Shown here in pieces: positions 50,095 through 58,990 of a stretch of 64,000 nucleotides of DNA (its first letter is position 1; each line of letters opens with the position of its first letter). Under the pieces are notes generated by a model. The model was not told where the DNA came from and searched no databases. It worked only from the letters and a program-made list of their open reading frames with translations. The stretch lies in NCBI GenBank assembly GCA_963811165.1, contig CAWEQH010000001.1:256001-320000 (forward strand), read 5' to 3'. This stretch comes from an uncultured Nitrospiraceae bacterium (GTDB lineage Bacteria; Nitrospirota; Thermodesulfovibrionia; Thermodesulfovibrionales; UBA6898). The position numbers and the translations under genes were made by a program.

Positions 50095-51492
50095 ATGATA
50101 AGAAAGACATTATTACCGATAGCACTTTTTATGATCCTGGCGTTGCTGGCTTACTGCGGCGGCGGAGCGGGTACTTCGAGCGAACCCGTCGGCGTTAATC
50201 CCGGTCAGCCGTCTATCGTGCAGTTACTGTCGGTCCAGCAGATAGTCCAGACGAATTCAAACGTATTTCTGGAGGCGAAGGTCCTTGACGGAAACGGCAG
50301 GGTCGTACCGAACACGCCGGTCACTTTTACGAACCTCTCACTCGTCGGCGTGCTGAGTTCCACCCAGGCAATGACCGACTCCTTGGGATTTGCCAAAGTC
50401 ACGCTTTTTTCCACAGACTCGGGCTTTGCCACGGTGCAGGCGGAAGTGAATACGGGAGCGGGAAAGGTGAGGGATAAGAAGACGGTTTTCTTCTCGTCTT
50501 CGATCTCGCACTTATCTCCGCCGCGCCGACATTGACCCTTGCGGTCGACAATAACAGCGACGGTTCCTATAACGATCCCAAGCGATTTCATTTTCTTTAA
50601 CCCTTCCGACCCCCACGACGAAGCGATCATCAGGGCGACTGTGTTGGATGCGTCAGGCGCGCCCGTTTTGAACGATACGGTGACCTTTGGCGCTGACACC
50701 ACGGAGGCGACTTTTCCTAATGGCAATGCGGTGCAGACTAACTCTGCCGGGCAGGCATTTGTACTTATCAAAATCGTCCCAACCGGAGCTCACGAATATT
50801 ACCATCCCCCTGAATGTGAACGCGGTGTCTACTAAATACCGGTGCTTTCAATGTGATAACGCTTTTCATCGGCCCTATAACAATCAATAAGGTGACGGTT
50901 GTTGCCGAACCCGCAGTCTATCGCCTCGGCCGGCACTTCCAAAGTAACGGCGACAGTGACTACAGCGGCAGGGACTCTTGTTCCCGACGGCACAACAGTC
51001 AATTTCGCGACAACCAGGGGTACTATAACACCATTTTCCCAAACGACCAAAGGCTTGGCTACGGCGACGTTTACTGCCCCGACAATTGCTGCCGGGACTG
51101 TAACAGCAACAATAACGGCTTCTGCCGGAGGCAAATCAGGCACGACCAACGTATTGGTTACCGCGCCGCCGACAACTCCACCACCTACGACGCCTCCGCC
51201 AGCGCTTGCGGTTAGTCCTTCGGCGCGTCGTTACAGCTGCGGTAGTATTCGCTGTGGCCAGGCTGCTACATTCTTTATAAGCGGCGGTACGCCAACCTAT
51301 ACAGTTGCGCCGACAGTCAGTACTGACCCGATTACGCCAAGTCCTATTGCTGGTGGTTCATTTACGGTTACGCCTACAGCTAATGCCTGCGCTTCGGTTC
51401 CTGGCGCCAGTGCGGTGTTCAATCTGACGGTGAGAGACCACAGTAGCCCAGTACAAACTGTCATTGTTCCAATAACATTGACGAATCCATAA
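50095..51492 (+). CDS. Lipoprotein with tandem bacterial Ig-like (Big_1/invasin-type) domains; about five apparent frameshifts
   Basis: AGGAGG RBS, LLAYC-GGG lipobox-like; three repeats AKVLDGNGRVVPNTPVTF / ATVLDASGAPVLNDTVTF / ATVTTAAGTLVPDGTTVNF; Pro/Thr linker. Confidence 0.7.
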
Positions 51493-51525
51493 GACATATG
51501 CAGCTCAATAAATAGATAGCAATAG

Positions 51526-51554
51526 AGAGGGCGGGCGAAGAGCCCGCCCTTTTT
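51526..51554 (+). terminator. Rho-independent terminator
   Basis: AGGGCGGGC-GAAGA-GCCCGCCCT-TTTT. Confidence 0.8.
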
Positions 51555-51569
51555 GAAAGAAGGAGAGGG

Positions 51570-53480
51570 ATGAGAATGAAAAAACATTTCTATATTGTCT
51601 TTGCACTCATATCAGTTCTTGCGCTTGTCTCTTGCGGGAGCAATTCTACGACGAGTTTCTCCTCGCCAGGGGTGAAGGTCACCGCAAGCCAGACAGTCGC
51701 CCCTAGGATCACTATTCAGTCGGTCTTGGCAGAGGCCGAAAAAGGGGTGTATAAAAAGGGAGAACTCCTGGTCAAGTTCAAATCAGGCGTAAGCGCAAAA
51801 TCGGCCATGGGCGTCCATAGCGCCATGGGCGCCACTTTGGAAAGAAGGTTCAGCGTCGTCTCTAATCTTGAGCGAGTGAAGCTCGCCCCGGGTGTAGCGG
51901 TAAAGGACGCGATAGTGTCATACATGCAAGACCCCAATGTGGAGTATGCAGAGCCCAATTACGTTAGATACCCGAAAAATACAGTCCCTAACGATCCTTA
52001 TTTCAACCCCCAGCAATGGGCGCTCCAGAATACCGGCACTTTCGCAGCCGGCACGGCAGGAGCCGACATCAAGATGCCGCAGGCATGGGATTTTACGCAG
52101 GGCAGCCGCAATATCGTTGTGGCGGTCATCGACAGCGGGGTGGATGTGAGCCATCCCGATCTGGTAAATAACATCTGGAGGAACCTGGGGGAGACCAGTT
52201 GCACGGACGGCATAGACAATGACGGGAATGGTTTTATAGATGACTGCGTGGGCTGGAACTTTGCTGACAAGAATAATATGCCCTTTGACAACCTCGGACA
52301 CGGTACGCATGTGGCAGGGATAATCGGCGCAGACGGCAATAACGGCGTAGGCATTTCAGGCGTGATGTGGAATGTGCAGATAATGCCCCTTAAGTTCATC
52401 ACCGACTTCGGCCCGGATGTCTGCGGCCCCGGCAGCGATTTCTGCGGTTCGGCCGCTGACGAGGTTGCAGCCATCCAATATGCGATAACGAACGGCGCAA
52501 AGATCATCAATGCCAGCTACGGCTCAAGTGCATTTTCGCAGGCTGAATTCGACGCGATCAATGCCGCAAACAGCGCGGGGGTCCTTTTCGTTGCAGCCGC
52601 CGGAAACGGCAGTCTTGAGCAGCACGGTGACAATAACGACCTGACGCCGAATTATCCGGCAAGTCATAGGCTTCCGAACATAATTTCGGTTGCGGCTACG
52701 GACCAAAATGATGTCAGGGCCCCTTTCAGTAATTTCGGTCTCAACTCGGTCCACGTAGCTGCCCCTGGGGTATATATTTTAAGTACGGTACCTTCTACCG
52801 GCATCTCCATGTCTTTTGGCTCGTTATGTACGAATGCTTTTATCGCCGACTATGATTTCTGCGCGGGGACCTCGATGGCTGCTCCCCATGTGGCGGGCCT
52901 CGCCGGCATCCTTGAAACCTATTACGTTAATTTCAGCGCTGCACAGATACGTGCGACGATATTGAGGTACGTCGATTTGCTGCCCACCTTACAGGGGTGG
53001 ATACAGACCGGTGGAAGGATAAATGCCTTCAAGGCCCTCTCATCTTTGCTGACGCCCACCGGGCTTAGCGCAAATGCGCAGTCCTCTACACAGATAGCCC
53101 TCGCATGGAACGACAATGCCACAGGAGAAGACGGCTACAAGGTAGAGAGAAAGGTTACAGGCGGAGACTTTGCAGAGATTGCCCAGATCGGCCCAAACAG
53201 CACGGGCTTTACGGACAGCGGCCTTGCCGCTTCAACGGCCTATACTTACCGTGTCCGCGCTTTCAACACCATACCGGCCGATTCGGCTTACTCAAATGAC
53301 GCAGCGGCTACTACTTCTGCTTCCGATTCGTCGTCAACAGGCACATCGGGCGGAGGCGGAGGCGGATGTTCTATCGCAAGAAAGCAGGATGGGACTGCAA
53401 ACGTTGCGGATGTTTTTGTAATGCTGGCTCCGTTGTGTGCGATAATCGTGATGAAGAACCGCAGACGGAAGAAAAAATAG
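51570..53480 (+). CDS. S8 subtilase lipoprotein with prodomain, Fn3 domain and Gly-Cys C-terminal sorting tail (copy 1)
   Basis: Lipobox LVSC; triad IDSG/HGTHVAG/GTSMAAP; Fn3 LAWNDNATGEDGYKVER..YTYRVRAFN; tail GGGGGGCSIARK..TM..NRRRKKK. Confidence 0.93.
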   Translation: MRMKKHFYIVFALISVLALVSCGSNSTTSFSSPGVKVTASQTVAPRITIQSVLAEAEKGVYKKGELLVKFKSGVSAKSAMGVHSAMGATLERRFSVVSNLERVKLAPGVAVKDAIVSYMQDPNVEYAEPNYVRYPKNTVPNDPYFNPQQWALQNTGTFAAGTAGADIKMPQAWDFTQGSRNIVVAVIDSGVDVSHPDLVNNIWRNLGETSCTDGIDNDGNGFIDDCVGWNFADKNNMPFDNLGHGTHVAGIIGADGNNGVGISGVMWNVQIMPLKFITDFGPDVCGPGSDFCGSAADEVAAIQYAITNGAKIINASYGSSAFSQAEFDAINAANSAGVLFVAAAGNGSLEQHGDNNDLTPNYPASHRLPNIISVAATDQNDVRAPFSNFGLNSVHVAAPGVYILSTVPSTGISMSFGSLCTNAFIADYDFCAGTSMAAPHVAGLAGILETYYVNFSAAQIRATILRYVDLLPTLQGWIQTGGRINAFKALSSLLTPTGLSANAQSSTQIALAWNDNATGEDGYKVERKVTGGDFAEIAQIGPNSTGFTDSGLAASTAYTYRVRAFNTIPADSAYSNDAAATTSASDSSSTGTSGGGGGGCSIARKQDGTANVADVFVMLAPLCAIIVMKNRRRKKK

Positions 53481-53506
53481 TCTCTGTAGAAGCGATGCAA
53501 ATATTT

Positions 53507-53538
53507 AGGGAGAGGGGCTTAAGCCCCTCTCTTTATTT
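53507..53538 (+). terminator. Rho-independent terminator-like hairpin
   Basis: GAGAGGGGC-TTAA-GCCCCTCTC-TTTATTT. Confidence 0.75.
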
Positions 53539-53562
53539 ATCCACCGGGAAGATTTAACGGAC

Positions 53563-54099
53563 GTGAAAAAAAAGGCCCTCTGTACTTATGCCTTACTTCT
53601 TGCGATAGTCTTCACTTCGCAGGTGTTTCATCTTCGTTTCCTTGATTATCTCATTCCCTTTTATCTTCTTGCGGTGCCTCTGATCTTGAAAAAAAAGATC
53701 AATATCAACTTTTCAGTAAGACATATTCTCCTTGGCCTGCTCGTGTCTCTGATAATTTTGCTGCCGTTTTTTGCAGTCTTTTCTCCCGGGAAAAAATTTG
53801 CGGCCGTGGGGCTGGGGGCGGCATTGTTCCAACTGCTCGGCATTTCTTTTCCTGAGGAGGTTTTTTTCAGGGGGTTTTTGCAGGAGGTATTCGGCAACGA
53901 TCTTAAGGGCGCGGTAGGGGTGAGTTTCCTGTTTGCCGTGGCCCACCTGCCGGGGATGTTTTTCTACGGGGACTTCTACGCCCCCCTGACATTCTTTCCA
54001 TCACTTGTCATGGGTTTTCTCTATATGCGCACTTCAAATGTCGTCCCGTCAACAATTTTCCATTTCCTCTCAAATGTCGTCTACCTCGGGTCTTTATGA
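53563..54099 (+). CDS. CPBP (CAAX/Abi/Rce1) family intramembrane glutamic endopeptidase; candidate sorting enzyme
   Basis: All three family motifs present: PEEVFFRG (EExxxR), FAVAH (FxxxH), HFLSN (HxxxN); highly hydrophobic. Confidence 0.9.
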   Translation: MKKKALCTYALLLAIVFTSQVFHLRFLDYLIPFYLLAVPLILKKKININFSVRHILLGLLVSLIILLPFFAVFSPGKKFAAVGLGAALFQLLGISFPEEVFFRGFLQEVFGNDLKGAVGVSFLFAVAHLPGMFFYGDFYAPLTFFPSLVMGFLYMRTSNVVPSTIFHFLSNVVYLGSL

Positions 54100-54161
54100 T
54101 ATACTTATGCTGATTTAAGGCTGGAATCTGCGTATACAGTGTGACGATTGAGGGCTTCTTA

Positions 54162-55997
54162 ATGAAGAGATTATTAATTATTTTTCTGGCGGCATTTCTG
54201 GCATCCTGCGGGAACGAGAAGGCCTCGGATGTAACTTCAAGTGAACCCGGGACGGCAGCTATAGAGGGCGCAGCACCGACGGTATCCGTGCAATCCGTCC
54301 TTGCCGGCGCGGAAAACGGCCGATACAGGGAAGGAGAGCTGATTGTCAAGCTCAAGCCCGGTGTCCTCACGGCATCTTCAGTTCGGGCGCATCAGGCACT
54401 GGGGGCCACGGTGCTCGGGAGACTATCTCTGCTCAATGCCGACCATGTGAAGCTGCCGCAAGGGATAACGGTCAGAGACGCGATTATTCAATATATGCAG
54501 GACCCGGACGTCGAATACGCCGAACCCAATTATATCAGGTCTGTCCGTTCCACTGTGCCAAACGATCCGCTTTTTAATTTGCAATGGGAACTCCGAAATA
54601 CCGTCAGCCCGGGGGTGGACATCAGCATGCCCTCTGCGTGGGACATTGTCCGGGGCAACAGCGGACTGGTCGTGGCGGTGCTCGACTCAGGGATAGATTA
54701 TACTCATCCCGATCTTGCCGGAAATATCTGGGCCAACCCCGGTGAGCCAAGCTGCTCCGGAACTGCCGACAACGACCATAACGGGTTTAAGGCGGACTGC
54801 AGGGGATGGAATTTTGTGGACAATAATAACAACCCGATGGACGACAACGGACACGGCACGCATGTCAGCGGCACTATAGGCGCTGTCGGCAATAACGGAC
54901 TCGGTATCGCCGGGGTGATGTGGAATGTCCAGATCATGCCCCTGAAGATCTTAGATGCCGAAGGGGAGGGAGCAGTCTCCGATGAAATCGCTGCCCTACA
55001 ATATGCGATTACGAAAGGCGCAAAGATAATAAATGCCAGTTTCGAAGGGAACTCTTCTTCGAAATCAAACGCTGAAATGGAGGCCATCTCCGCTGCAAAC
55101 GCGGCCGGTATCTTGTTTGTCGCTGCGGCCGGAAACGGAGATGATAATGGGCTGGGAAGCAACAACGATTCAGTGGCGGTTTATCCCGGCAATTATGACC
55201 TCCCAAACATTGTTTCAGTCGCGGCTACTAACCAGCATGACAGCCTCGCCTCATTCAGCAACTTTGGCCTCAGGACCGTCCACGTCGCTGCGCCCGGAGT
55301 ATCGATCCTGAGCACGGTCCCCCCAGGCCTTTTGTTTTGCGGCGTCTCCCCTGTTATAGGCTATGAATTATGCGACGGCACTTCGATGGCCGCCCCTCAT
55401 GTCGCGGGTCTCGCAGGACTAATTTCGAGTTACTATGCAGGTCTCACCCCCACTCAGTTGCGGGCGATGATCATGCGTTACGTAGATACACTTCCTGCAC
55501 TTCAAGGAGTTATCAAAAGCGGAGGAAGGATAAACGCATATAAGGCCATATCGTCTTTGCTTACTCCCTCAGGACTCTCGGCAAATGCCCTTTCCTCGAC
55601 CCAGACAGTATTGACGTGGAACGACAATGCCACAGGGGAGGACGGATATAAGATTGAAAGGAAGACCCTTGGAGGAGGCTTTGCCGAGATCGCCGAGACA
55701 GGGGCGAAAGCCACGACTGTTACCGACAGCGGACTAAATCCCTCGACTGAATATACATACCGGGTGCGGGCGTTCAACTCGATACCAGTTGCCTCACTTT
55801 ATTCTAACGAGGTGTCCGTCACGACCTTCTCTGCCCCAAGTCCAACGCCGACGCCAACCCCCGCATCAGGCGGCGGTGGCGGAGGATGTTCGGTCGCCAG
55901 AAAGAGCTCTGGTACCGGGGATGTGGACGCTCTGCTGGTTTTGCTGCAGGTAGTTGCAATTTCTGGGCTGACGCGACTCAGGCGAAGGAAAGAATAG
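54162..55997 (+). CDS. S8 subtilase lipoprotein with prodomain, Fn3 domain and Gly-Cys C-terminal sorting tail (copy 2)
   Basis: MKRLLIIFLAAFLASC lipobox; LDSG/HGTHVSG/GTSMAAP; Fn3; tail GGGGGGCSVARK..TM..RLRRRKE. Confidence 0.93.
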   Translation: MKRLLIIFLAAFLASCGNEKASDVTSSEPGTAAIEGAAPTVSVQSVLAGAENGRYREGELIVKLKPGVLTASSVRAHQALGATVLGRLSLLNADHVKLPQGITVRDAIIQYMQDPDVEYAEPNYIRSVRSTVPNDPLFNLQWELRNTVSPGVDISMPSAWDIVRGNSGLVVAVLDSGIDYTHPDLAGNIWANPGEPSCSGTADNDHNGFKADCRGWNFVDNNNNPMDDNGHGTHVSGTIGAVGNNGLGIAGVMWNVQIMPLKILDAEGEGAVSDEIAALQYAITKGAKIINASFEGNSSSKSNAEMEAISAANAAGILFVAAAGNGDDNGLGSNNDSVAVYPGNYDLPNIVSVAATNQHDSLASFSNFGLRTVHVAAPGVSILSTVPPGLLFCGVSPVIGYELCDGTSMAAPHVAGLAGLISSYYAGLTPTQLRAMIMRYVDTLPALQGVIKSGGRINAYKAISSLLTPSGLSANALSSTQTVLTWNDNATGEDGYKIERKTLGGGFAEIAETGAKATTVTDSGLNPSTEYTYRVRAFNSIPVASLYSNEVSVTTFSAPSPTPTPTPASGGGGGGCSVARKSSGTGDVDALLVLLQVVAISGLTRLRRRKE

Positions 55998-56071
55998 TGT
56001 TTCCGGCATCGCGCTTTTTGATATATAATCAAACGCTGGCATATATAAAAAATGTCTGGATGGAGTAGTGA

Positions 56072-57283
56072 ATGACAAATATAAGGTTTCTCACTTCAGG
56101 AGAATCTCATGGCAGTGCGCTGACCGGCGTCATTGAAGGCATACCCTCAGGCCTCTCCCTTTCATCTGAAGATATAGATCGGGAACTGAGGAGGCGGCAG
56201 GGAGGTTATGGCAGAGGCGGCAGGATGAAGATTGAGACCGACCATGCCCGGATACTCTCGGGCGTCCGTATGGGAAAGACGATCGGCTCTCCTATAAGTC
56301 TTCTGATCGAAAATAAAGACTGGGAAAACTGGCGGGAGGTGATGAATCCGGAACCCGCAAGCCCGCGTTCGGCGACAACAGACAAAAGACGGGAGCCTGT
56401 CACACGCCCTAGACCGGGTCATGCCGACCTTGCAGGGGCGCTTAAGTTTGATCATCGGGATATCCGCAATGTCCTCGAACGTTCGAGCGCCCGTGAGACC
56501 GCGATGCGGGTGGGCCTTGGTGCTATCGCGAAAAAGTTTCTGTCGGGGTTCGGGATAATGATCGGAAGCCACGTACTGCGGATCGGCAGCCATCAAACAT
56601 CCGTTTACGGTGCAGACGGATCAGATTTCGTGAAGATTATTGAGAAGGCCGAACAATCGCCTGTCAGGTGCTCGGACGAGGATGTCTCAAAGAAGATGAC
56701 GAGGCTAATCGACAGGGCGACCAAGGAAGGTGATTCCCTCGGGGGGGTGTTCGAGGTGATTGCGGTCGGGGTGCCGGTAGGGCTCGGGAGTCATATCCAG
56801 TGGGACCTGAAGCTCGACGGGATGCTTGCGCAGGCGATGATGAGCATACAGGCTATCAAAGGGGTCGAGATAGGACTTGGGTTTAAGATGGCAGGCGATT
56901 TCGGTTCTCATGTCATGGACGAGATTTTTTACCGCGGGGCTGAGACGAAATCCCGCGGCATGAAGTTTTATAGGAAGACAAACAATGCCGGAGGTATTGA
57001 GGGCGGAATGTCTAACGGCATGCCCATTATCATCAGGGCAGCGATGAAACCTATCCCCACCTTGAGAAGGCCCCTGATGTCCGTCGATATCAGGACAAAA
57101 AAGGCATTCGGTGCGGCATATGAACGTTCCGATGTCTGTGCGGTTCCGGCCGCTTCGGTTGTTGCCGAGGCGATGACCGCTCTCGTTCTGGCTGACGCCT
57201 TTCTCAGGAAATTCGGCGGCGACAGCGAAAAAGAAGTGAGAAGGAACTACAAGTCCTATATTTCTTACGTAAACGGTTTTTGA
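56072..57283 (+). CDS. aroC: Chorismate synthase
   Basis: [46 protein letters not shown]. Confidence 0.97.
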   Translation: MTNIRFLTSGESHGSALTGVIEGIPSGLSLSSEDIDRELRRRQGGYGRGGRMKIETDHARILSGVRMGKTIGSPISLLIENKDWENWREVMNPEPASPRSATTDKRREPVTRPRPGHADLAGALKFDHRDIRNVLERSSARETAMRVGLGAIAKKFLSGFGIMIGSHVLRIGSHQTSVYGADGSDFVKIIEKAEQSPVRCSDEDVSKKMTRLIDRATKEGDSLGGVFEVIAVGVPVGLGSHIQWDLKLDGMLAQAMMSIQAIKGVEIGLGFKMAGDFGSHVMDEIFYRGAETKSRGMKFYRKTNNAGGIEGGMSNGMPIIIRAAMKPIPTLRRPLMSVDIRTKKAFGAAYERSDVCAVPAASVVAEAMTALVLADAFLRKFGGDSEKEVRRNYKSYISYVNGF

Positions 57284-57392
57284 TTTTTCCATGGAACAGG
57301 AAAAAGCATTTAACCGTCTTTTCTTTGCATTCTTCTCCGTCATTAGGGTAACAAAGCAAAAAAAGTAATCGCGGGTTGCATGTGAAATTATA

Positions 57393-57905
57393 ATGAGGAA
57401 AAATATTATTTTGACCGGTTTTATGGGCACAGGAAAGACCGCAGTCGGGAAGGAGCTTTCGAGGCTCCTGAACATGCGTCTTGTTGATGTCGACTCGGAG
57501 ATTGAGGAGAACAGGAAGATGAAGATCACTGATATCTTCAAAAATTTCGGCGAGCCTTATTTCCGCGACGTAGAGACGGAAATGATAAGGAAACTGGCGC
57601 GCACGAAAAATACGGTTATCTCCACCGGCGGCGGCGCAGTCTTAAGGGAGGAGAATATGGAGGTGCTTAGGGAAACGGGTCTTATCTTCTGCCTCTATGC
57701 AGACCCTGCGACAATCATTTCCCGCACCAAAGGCAATAAGGACAGGCCCCTTCTGAATGTGGAAGATCCCCTGGCAAAGATCAACGAACTTCTCAGGGCA
57801 AGGATGCCTTTTTATGAAAAGGCAGGCATCGTTATAGACACCAACGGGAAGACGCCTCTTGAAGTCGCGGAAGAGATAACGGACATAGTAAGATGCGGGA
57901 AATAA
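57393..57905 (+). CDS. aroK: Shikimate kinase
   Basis: GFMGTGKT, GEPYFR, STGGG, RPLL. Confidence 0.95.
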   Translation: MRKNIILTGFMGTGKTAVGKELSRLLNMRLVDVDSEIEENRKMKITDIFKNFGEPYFRDVETEMIRKLARTKNTVISTGGGAVLREENMEVLRETGLIFCLYADPATIISRTKGNKDRPLLNVEDPLAKINELLRARMPFYEKAGIVIDTNGKTPLEVAEEITDIVRCGK

Positions 57906-58978
57906 GGGTCGAGCTGGGGGAAAGGAGCTACCGGATTGAGATAGAATCCGGGATACTTTCCGATATCGGAAAGAGTCTGCAGGAATTCGGGTTCACAAGC
58001 AAGGCCGCACTCGTCAGTAACCCCACAGTCTTTGGCCTTTACGGAAGGCGCGTCACCGAATCGATGAAGGCTGCGGGGTTCGAGGTCTCCGTAATAGTCG
58101 TCCCCGATGGAGAAGAATATAAGAACCTCTCTTCAGTGGAGCAGATCTATGGGGGGATGCTGACTGCCGCGCTGGACAGGAAATCGGTGCTTATGGCCCT
58201 TGGCGGAGGGGTCATTGGTGATATGGCAGGTTTTGCCGCATCGACATATATGCGCGGGATTGATTTTGTTCAGGTCCCGACGACACTCCTTGCTCAGGTC
58301 GACAGTTCGGTAGGGGGGAAGACCGGGGTCAACCACCCGATGGGGAAGAACATGATCGGCACGTTTTGGCAGCCGAGACTTGTCTGGATCGATATCGATA
58401 CCCTGAAGTCTCTGCCAAGGAGAGAATTGCTCTCGGGCCTTGCAGAGGTCATTAAATACGGGGTGATCTGGGATGAAGGGTTTTTTCGCTTGCTCGAAGA
58501 AAACAGGGACAAGGTCTTGAACCTTGATAACGATATTCTTTCCCGCGTGGTCCAGTTGTCCTGCGAGATTAAAGCGAAGGTCGTATCGGAGGACGAGAGG
58601 GAGTCGGGACTGCGGGCGATATTGAACTACGGCCACACCCTGGGACATGCGATTGAAACGGCGACCGGATACAAAAGGTATCTCCACGGCGAGGCGGTCG
58701 CTATCGGGATGTATGAAGAGGCAAGGCTTTCAAAAGAGCTCGGTCTCCTCGACGCCGGGCAGCTTGCGCGGATAAAGGCGCTGATAGAAGCCTTCGACCT
58801 CCCGGCCGCCGTCCCTGAAGATATAGACTTACGGCAGCTCCTTTTGTCGATGAAGCTCGACAAAAAGACGGTTGGAGGAGATATTACCTTTATATTACCC
58901 GAAAAGATCGGTAAGGTGAGGATACACAAAGGTCTTTCTTCAAAGGAGATAGAGAAGGTATTATGCAACAGAGATTAG
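57893..58978 (+). CDS. aroB: 3-dehydroquinate synthase
   Basis: GGGVIGDMAGF, PTTLLAQVDSSVGGKTG, LNYGHTLGHAIE, HGEAV. Confidence 0.97.
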   Translation: MREIRVELGERSYRIEIESGILSDIGKSLQEFGFTSKAALVSNPTVFGLYGRRVTESMKAAGFEVSVIVVPDGEEYKNLSSVEQIYGGMLTAALDRKSVLMALGGGVIGDMAGFAASTYMRGIDFVQVPTTLLAQVDSSVGGKTGVNHPMGKNMIGTFWQPRLVWIDIDTLKSLPRRELLSGLAEVIKYGVIWDEGFFRLLEENRDKVLNLDNDILSRVVQLSCEIKAKVVSEDERESGLRAILNYGHTLGHAIETATGYKRYLHGEAVAIGMYEEARLSKELGLLDAGQLARIKALIEAFDLPAAVPEDIDLRQLLLSMKLDKKTVGGDITFILPEKIGKVRIHKGLSSKEIEKVLCNRD

Positions 58979-58990
58979 GAGCAGACCCGG

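Noticed and set aside
53563..54099. CPBP gene as an abortive-infection or bacteriocin-immunity gene
   Set aside because: No bacteriocin or defence context; flanking CTERM-tailed proteins give a better explanation.
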